DNA of 64,000 nucleotides from Burkholderiales bacterium (GTDB lineage Bacteria; Pseudomonadota; Gammaproteobacteria; Burkholderiales; JACQAP01): NCBI GenBank assembly GCA_035275265.1, contig DATENC010000029.1, positions 65,955 to 129,954 of the forward strand, read 5' to 3'. Shown piece by piece: positions 58,924 to 64,000 of this stretch (position 1 is its first letter; each line of letters starts with the position of its first letter). The notes under the pieces were generated by a model. It saw only the letters and a program-made list of their open reading frames with translations, ran no database searches and was not told where the DNA came from. The position numbers and the translations under genes were made by a program.

Positions 58924-59045
58924 TCCTTAGGTTTCTTGCGACGCACGCCATGCTTGCGTGAGGGCCACTTTATAGACGAAGTCGGCGGCAATCTCAACAC
59001 CCTCTCCCCGACTCTCCCCCGTCAATGGGGACATCGTGAAACAAA

Positions 59046-60188
59046 TTATTGCGCCACCACAGACTTGTGCCGGGAAAGGGCCCAGGCGACGTGGCTTCGT
59101 ACCAGAGCTGAGGGATGATCGCGCCGAGATTCGAGCGCTGCCAAAACAGCGGGGGACGTCGGGGCGTTGCCCAGACCCACCGCCAGATTCCGCAGCCAGC
59201 GCTCGTGTCCGATCCTGCGAATGGCGCTGCCTTCAAGCCGCCGCTCGAATTCTTCTTCGCTCCACGCAAACAGTGCGGTCAGGGCCGGCGCATCGAGACC
59301 ATTGCGTACCGAAAAATCTTCGCCGTCCGCCTTCTGCGCATACCGGTTCCACGGACAGACCAGTTGACAGTCGTCGCAGCCGTAAATGCGGTTGCCCATC
59401 AGCGGGCGCAGCTCTTCTGGGATTTCGCCCTTGTGTTCAATGGTGAGATAGGAAATGCAGCGGCGCGCGTCGAGCTGATAGGGAGCGACGATCGCTCCAG
59501 TAGGACATACGTCGATGCAACGACGGCAGGTACCGCAGTGATCCGGTTGCGGTTCATCCACCGGCAACAACAGGTCTGTGTAGATCTCGCCGAGAAAAAA
59601 CCACGAGCCGGCGTCGCGGTTGAGCAGCAGCGTGTGCTTGCCGCGCCAACCAATCCCGGCCTTGGCTGCCAGTTCGACTTCCATGACCGGCGCGCTGTCG
59701 GTAAAGACGCGATAGGAGAAACGCTTCCCCGTGGACGCCGTGTCCGCGGGCTTCAGATAATCGGCGATTCGGTCGCAAAGTTTCTGCAGACGGCCTCGCA
59801 ACACTTTGTGGTAATCACGCCCGACCGCATAGCGCGCCACATAGGCACTGCTGCCGTTGTCGATGACCTCCCAGGAATCGCGAGCCTCTTGCGGGAAATA
59901 ATTCATGCGCAGCGAGATGACCCGCAAGGTGCCGGGCACCAGTTCGCCTGGCCGGGTACGGCGGGTGCCGTGTGCAGCCATGTAATCCATGTCGCCGTGC
60001 CAGCCGCGCGCCAGCCATTCCATCAGACGGGCCTCGGCCTCACCGATTTCGCAGTCGGCAATGCCGACCTGCTGAAACCCCAGCTCACTGCCCCATCCAC
60101 GGATACGGGCCGCGAGCACGCCGAGATCGAACGCGGCGCTCCCCTCCGGTTCAGCGGGCTGAAGCCCGTTTTGGCTTGGCGGTCCCAT
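59046..60188 (-). CDS. queG: tRNA epoxyqueuosine(34) reductase
   Basis: Two 4Fe-4S motifs (CGTCRRCIDVCP, CDDCQLVCP) and C-terminal HEAT-like repeats. The start is uncertain: ATG 60188 was chosen, and ATG 60233 is also possible. Either overlaps the upstream gene. Confidence 0.9.
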   Translation of the reverse strand: MGPPSQNGLQPAEPEGSAAFDLGVLAARIRGWGSELGFQQVGIADCEIGEAEARLMEWLARGWHGDMDYMAAHGTRRTRPGELVPGTLRVISLRMNYFPQEARDSWEVIDNGSSAYVARYAVGRDYHKVLRGRLQKLCDRIADYLKPADTASTGKRFSYRVFTDSAPVMEVELAAKAGIGWRGKHTLLLNRDAGSWFFLGEIYTDLLLPVDEPQPDHCGTCRRCIDVCPTGAIVAPYQLDARRCISYLTIEHKGEIPEELRPLMGNRIYGCDDCQLVCPWNRYAQKADGEDFSVRNGLDAPALTALFAWSEEEFERRLEGSAIRRIGHERWLRNLAVGLGNAPTSPAVLAALESRRDHPSALVRSHVAWALSRHKSVVAQ

Positions 60189-61248
60189 TACCGGATTCGG
60201 CGAGAAGAAAATCCAGCCCGCGGGTCTCGCCATGCTTCATCAGGAAGAAGCGCTCTGGCGGGATGCCGGCAGCAGACAACGCCTCGCTGAGCTTCCGCGG
60301 CGGCTCGTCGAGGCGCTCATCGGTGAGACGGAATGTTCCCCAGTGCATGCCTACAGAGTAGCGCGCATTCAAGTCTCGGTGTGCACGCACCGCCTCTTCC
60401 GGATTGATGTGCATGATGCTCATGAACCAGCGCGGTTCGTAAGCGCCGATCGGCAGAGCCGCAAGGTCAAAAGAGCCGAAGCGCTTGCCGATGTCGGCAA
60501 TGTCCCGCGAGTAGCCGAAGTCGCCGCCGAACAGCAGGCGCATCTGCGGGTGCTCGATCACCCACGCGCCCCACAACGTGCGATCGCGGTCCCACGGTTT
60601 GCGCTGGCTCCAGTGCTGCACCGGCGCCAAGTGAAATGTCAAACCCATGTGAACGCGGCTGTCCCACCAATCCATCTCCGTGACATTGGTTATGCCCTGC
60701 TCCAGGAACCAGGCCCTGAGTGCCAAAGGCACGAAAAACATCGGCGGTCCGGCAGGCTGGCGGTTCAGGCGCCTCACCGTATCGCGATCGAGGTGATCGT
60801 AGTGGTTATGCGAAATGACCACGATATCCACGTGCGGCAGGCTCTCGAAGTCGAGACCCGGCGCAACGTGACGCTTGGGACCGGCAAAAGACAGGGGTGA
60901 GGCGCGTTGCGTGAGATGCGGATCGGTAAGTACGTTGACCCCACCCAACTGCAACAGAAAAGTAGCGTGGCCGATCCAGGTCAGCGTCGGCTGCGTCCGG
61001 TTCGCCGCCAGATACGCAGCGTCAGGCTTGAGCAAGGGAAAGCCGTAGCCCGCTTCGGGATTTTCAGGTACACCTTTGGTCCAGCGTTGCCATTGCCATT
61101 TCCAGAAGCCCTGCTTGGGGCTATGCGGGTAGTTGTTGCGAAATCCGTCCGGAGTGTGGTGGGTTTTCATCAGATTATAATGCGGGTTGCTGTGACAAGC
61201 GGAAATCACCAACGCACAAACGGCATAGCAAACGATATTTGATCTCAT
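60151..61248 (-). CDS. MBL-fold metallo-hydrolase (NAPE-PLD-like), secreted or lipoprotein
   Basis: The HxHxDH motif (SHNHYDHLD), and an N-terminal hydrophobic segment ending ISAC. Internal ATG at 61248. Confidence 0.85.
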   Translation of the reverse strand: MRSNIVCYAVCALVISACHSNPHYNLMKTHHTPDGFRNNYPHSPKQGFWKWQWQRWTKGVPENPEAGYGFPLLKPDAAYLAANRTQPTLTWIGHATFLLQLGGVNVLTDPHLTQRASPLSFAGPKRHVAPGLDFESLPHVDIVVISHNHYDHLDRDTVRRLNRQPAGPPMFFVPLALRAWFLEQGITNVTEMDWWDSRVHMGLTFHLAPVQHWSQRKPWDRDRTLWGAWVIEHPQMRLLFGGDFGYSRDIADIGKRFGSFDLAALPIGAYEPRWFMSIMHINPEEAVRAHRDLNARYSVGMHWGTFRLTDERLDEPPRKLSEALSAAGIPPERFFLMKHGETRGLDFLLAESGNGTAKPKRASAR

Positions 61249-61319
61249 CGTTCCATTCGGTACCGGGAACCCGCGCAAGTTTAGCAGCGAAACAACATAC
61301 TCGACATGGGAGTGGGCAA

Positions 61320-62246
61320 ATGGCGGCCAGAAAAAAACAGCCGGTGGGCGTGATTGGTTTGGGATCGATGGGCATCGGCGTCGCCCGCACATTGCTCAAG
61401 AAGGGTTTCGAAGTACACGCGTGCGACGTTCGGCCGGAAGTGTCGAAGGCCTTCGCCGCTGAAGGCGGCGTTGCCGCAGCTACCCCGGCCGCGGTCGGCC
61501 GACGTACCGAAGTCGTCATCATCCTCGTGGTGAATGCGGACCAGACCAGCGACGTGCTGTTCGGCAGGGACGGCGCCGCAGGCACGCTGGCCAGCGGCTC
61601 GGTGGTCGTCGCCAGCAGCACGGTCGCGCCGGAATTTGCCACCGATCTCGGCGAGCGACTGCGGGCGAAAGATATTCTCATGATCGACGCGCCGGTATCC
61701 GGCGGCGCCGTGCGCGCCGCCAAGGGCGAGCTTTCGATCATGGCTTCGGGCACTAACGACGCCTTCAAGAAAGCCGATGCTGTTCTGGGCGCGATCTCCG
61801 CCAAGGTCTACCGGCTTGGCGACACGCCGGGCATGGGCTCCAAGGTGAAGATGATCAACCAGCTGCTCGCCGGTGTGCACATCGCGGCGTCGGCGGAAGC
61901 GATGGCGCTCGGGATTCGCACCGGTGCCGATCCGCAAGTGCTCTACGACGTCATTTCCAACAGCGCAGGTTCTTCATGGATGTTCCAGAACCGCGTGCCG
62001 CACATCATCGCTGGCGACTACACGCCGCTGTCGGCCGTGAATATATTCGTCAAGGATCTGGGCATCGTGCTGGATTCGGCGAAGAAGATGACCTTTCCCC
62101 TGCCACTCACCGCCGCCGCGCATCAGATGTTCCTCGGCGCGGCTGGCGCCGGGCTAGGCTACGAGGACGACTCCGCGGTGGTGAAGGTGTACCAGGCGCT
62201 GTCCGGAATCAAACTGCCGGGAAAGAAAAAAGCAAAAAAGCCGTAA
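61320..62246 (+). CDS. NAD(P)-dependent 3-hydroxyisobutyrate-dehydrogenase-family oxidoreductase
   Basis: The Rossmann motif VIGLGSMGIGVA and the catalytic-Lys region GSKVKMINQ. 308 aa from the internal ATG. Confidence 0.88.
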   Translation: MAARKKQPVGVIGLGSMGIGVARTLLKKGFEVHACDVRPEVSKAFAAEGGVAAATPAAVGRRTEVVIILVVNADQTSDVLFGRDGAAGTLASGSVVVASSTVAPEFATDLGERLRAKDILMIDAPVSGGAVRAAKGELSIMASGTNDAFKKADAVLGAISAKVYRLGDTPGMGSKVKMINQLLAGVHIAASAEAMALGIRTGADPQVLYDVISNSAGSSWMFQNRVPHIIAGDYTPLSAVNIFVKDLGIVLDSAKKMTFPLPLTAAAHQMFLGAAGAGLGYEDDSAVVKVYQALSGIKLPGKKKAKKP

Positions 62247-62250
62247 CCAT

Positions 62251-62321
62251 CGTGACTACCGTGACGGACGAACACGTGACTACCGCAAGAACAGAGGACT
62301 TACGACAGTCACGCAGTCACG
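62251..62321. repeat. nested inverted repeats (2x CGTGACT / 2x AGTCACG) between convergent genes
   Basis: CGTGACT occurs at 62251 and 62275. AGTCACG occurs at 62307 and 62315. The element probably acts as a bidirectional terminator. Confidence 0.45.
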
Positions 62322-62336
62322 TCCTCACGGCATCTT

Positions 62337-62984
62337 TCAGATGCGATCATTCTCCAGAGACTTCTCCAGCCGCTGGAGTATTTCCGCTGCGCTCCAGAGG
62401 TTGGGGTTGATTTCCAGCGCTCGCCGGAAGTACTCGGCCGCCTTTCGGTAGTTGCCGCGTTCCAGCCAGATCTGGCCGCAGCTTTCCAGCGTTCCGAAGT
62501 GGTAAGGATTGAGTTGCATGACGTGCTCGTAGTCGGACAGCGCCCGCTCCTCATCGCCCATGAACTGGTAGGTATCGCCGCGGCGGTTCCACACTTCGGC
62601 GAATTCCGGTTTGAGTGCGATCACCTGGTTGAATTTTTCCAGTGCCTGCCCCGGCTTTTCCTCGATCAGCAGTTGAATTCCGGTCTGGAACATCGGATCG
62701 GCAGCCGGATCGTCTGAGCGCATCCAAATTCCCCATACGGCCTGTTCGGCCATCCCACGAATCAGTTCCTCGTCGTCCCAGAGCGCGGCAAGCAGCACGG
62801 GCACGTCATCCTGGGTGCCGACTTCCGCCAGTCGTCCGTATGCAAGGCGGCGCTTGTCGATCTGGCCGCTCTTGGCCTGCGCGAGTGCTTGTGCGCGCGA
62901 AAGCGGCCCCCACTCGGCAGCCGGAGCAGCGGAGCAAAGATAGGCGGCCAGCAACAGTGCGGACACGCGCATGGCAATCGGCAA
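62337..62984 (-). CDS. secreted HEAT-like + TPR repeat protein (paralog 1)
   Basis: A signal peptide and TPR-like helices (ALEKFNQVIALKPEFAEVWNRRGDTY...). The TTG start at 62984 is preceded by GGAGAA. An alternative ATG lies at 62972. Confidence 0.75.
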   Translation of the reverse strand: MPIAMRVSALLLAAYLCSAAPAAEWGPLSRAQALAQAKSGQIDKRRLAYGRLAEVGTQDDVPVLLAALWDDEELIRGMAEQAVWGIWMRSDDPAADPMFQTGIQLLIEEKPGQALEKFNQVIALKPEFAEVWNRRGDTYQFMGDEERALSDYEHVMQLNPYHFGTLESCGQIWLERGNYRKAAEYFRRALEINPNLWSAAEILQRLEKSLENDRI

Positions 62985-62996
62985 CGGACTTCTCCC

Positions 62997-63686
62997 CTAA
63001 ATGAATTTGCGGCGGCGTTCAACCAGAATTTTCTCGATCAGACCGATCGAACTGCGTACGCCGTCCATGTTCGGATTGATGGCAAGCGCACGTCGATAGT
63101 AGTCGAGCGCGCGTTCCAGGTTGCCCTTGCGCACGTAGATCTGCCCATAGCCGGAGAGTACGCCGAAATGCCGTGGATTCCTCTTCAGCACTTCGGCGCA
63201 ATCCTTCAGTGACATGTCATCATCGCCAAGCAGGAAGTAAACCGTCGCCCGCTTGTTCCAACCTTCGGTGAACTCCGGCTTCATTCCGATCACCTGGCTG
63301 AACGTTTCAACGGCGGCCGGTAACTCTCCACGTCGCATCTGGGTCAGCCCGCGCTCGAACAACTGGTCAGTGGCTTGGTCTCCCGATCGGCTCCATACCT
63401 GCCAGATCGCACCTTCCGCAGCTTGCCGCACCCTCGCATCCGGATCGGACAGTGCAGCCATCAATTGCGGCAAATCGGCTGGCGTTCCCAGTTCGGCGAG
63501 TACCGCACAAGCGCCCGCTCGGGCTTGCGCATCCTTTTGTTGCAGGTCCGCGAGTGCACGTTGCCTCGACATCCCTTCGGGTTCCTGCGCGAGGGCCTGA
63601 CCGGCAGCCGCAAGCGTCGTCAGCAAGATGAAGGCAAAGTTGCGTAGCATCGCAACCCTGCCTGAGCTATTGCAAAGACTCGGCAT
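62997..63686 (-). CDS. secreted HEAT-like + TPR repeat protein (paralog 2)
   Basis: It is collinear with paralog 1 along its full length (e.g. FSQVIGMKPEFTEGWNKRATVY versus FNQVIALKPEFAEVWNRRGDTY). An alternative start is ATG 63650. Confidence 0.75.
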   Translation of the reverse strand: MPSLCNSSGRVAMLRNFAFILLTTLAAAGQALAQEPEGMSRQRALADLQQKDAQARAGACAVLAELGTPADLPQLMAALSDPDARVRQAAEGAIWQVWSRSGDQATDQLFERGLTQMRRGELPAAVETFSQVIGMKPEFTEGWNKRATVYFLLGDDDMSLKDCAEVLKRNPRHFGVLSGYGQIYVRKGNLERALDYYRRALAINPNMDGVRSSIGLIEKILVERRRKFI

Positions 63687-63787
63687 GGCAATCCCCGGGC
63701 CAAAACCCTAAAATGGCGCATTCACATCGCATCCGATGCGCCTGACACCAAATTCTACCCCCCGACTTCTTGGATAGCTGCTCCATA

Positions 63788-64000
63788 TTGAGATTTTTGC
63801 TGCCCGCCCTGCTCGCAGTCGCTACCGGCGTTCAGGCTGCGTATCCGCTTGGATCGATGACCTGTGAGGACATCGCAAAGTTCGCCTCGGAAGCCATGTC
63901 CTGGCGCAAGGAAGGGCAAACGCGGGAACAGGCACTTGCTGCGCTGGAAAAACGCACTTACAACGATCCCGTGGAAAAGAAGAACCTCACTGCCATCGTG
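63788..64000 (+). CDS. partial CDS: small secreted protein, 5' end only
   Basis: The frame is open to the window edge (71 codons) and begins with a signal-peptide-like LRFLLPALLAVATGVQA|AYP. Only TTG starts are available (63788 or 63770). Confidence 0.3.
   Translation, partial: MRFLLPALLAVATGVQAAYPLGSMTCEDIAKFASEAMSWRKEGQTREQALAALEKRTYNDPVEKKNLTAIV

Overview
This 64-kb window is high-GC (about 60% by eye) bacterial chromosome, and most of it is housekeeping. Its gene order resembles Betaproteobacteria: gyrA-serC-(serA)-pheA-hisC-tyrA-aroA/cmk-rpsA-ihfB-lapA-lapB-pyrF-ugd-hldA-hldD, all on the minus strand. That taxonomic call is inferred from remembered synteny and was not searched. I can support about 60 CDSs, four tRNAs (His-GTG, Arg-TCT, Pro-TGG, Ser-TGA), a tmRNA (tag ANDERYALAA), several intrinsic terminators and some candidate operators. 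I saw no CRISPR array, rRNA, transposase, integrase or prophage. The less ordinary parts are as follows.
- **Iron cluster (39.4-46.7 kb):** bfr, bfd, a DUF2325-like gene, Fur-box-like sites, and a cytochrome c::FTR1 permease fusion coupled to fbpABC.
- **Regulatory module (46.7-53.4 kb):** cytochrome b561, a YVTN beta-propeller, a NarL-type two-component system and a TonB-dependent receptor. A recurring TTGGGAAA-T-TTTCCCAA palindrome is scattered through its intergenic regions.
- **Small islet (56.5-57.3 kb):** a Cys/His (CHAP/NlpC-like) small protein gene is broken by one in-frame TAG. It overlaps an intact lipoprotein partner gene, which suggests a decayed toxin/immunity-like pair.
- **G-rich repeat (55.68-55.81 kb):** a (GAGGGGC)n heptamer tract and its inverted C-rich partner abut a start codon. 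Related G/C-tract hairpins occur at three more sites nearby.
- **Smaller items:** a 5'-half tRNA-Ser duplicate, an OmpA-family lipoprotein with four 41-aa acidic repeats, an aroA-cmk fusion, tandem secreted HEAT/TPR paralogs, and a KAS plus chain-length-factor-like pair at the left edge.

I did not find a clear novel multi-gene system. The items above are leads for follow-up, not demonstrations.
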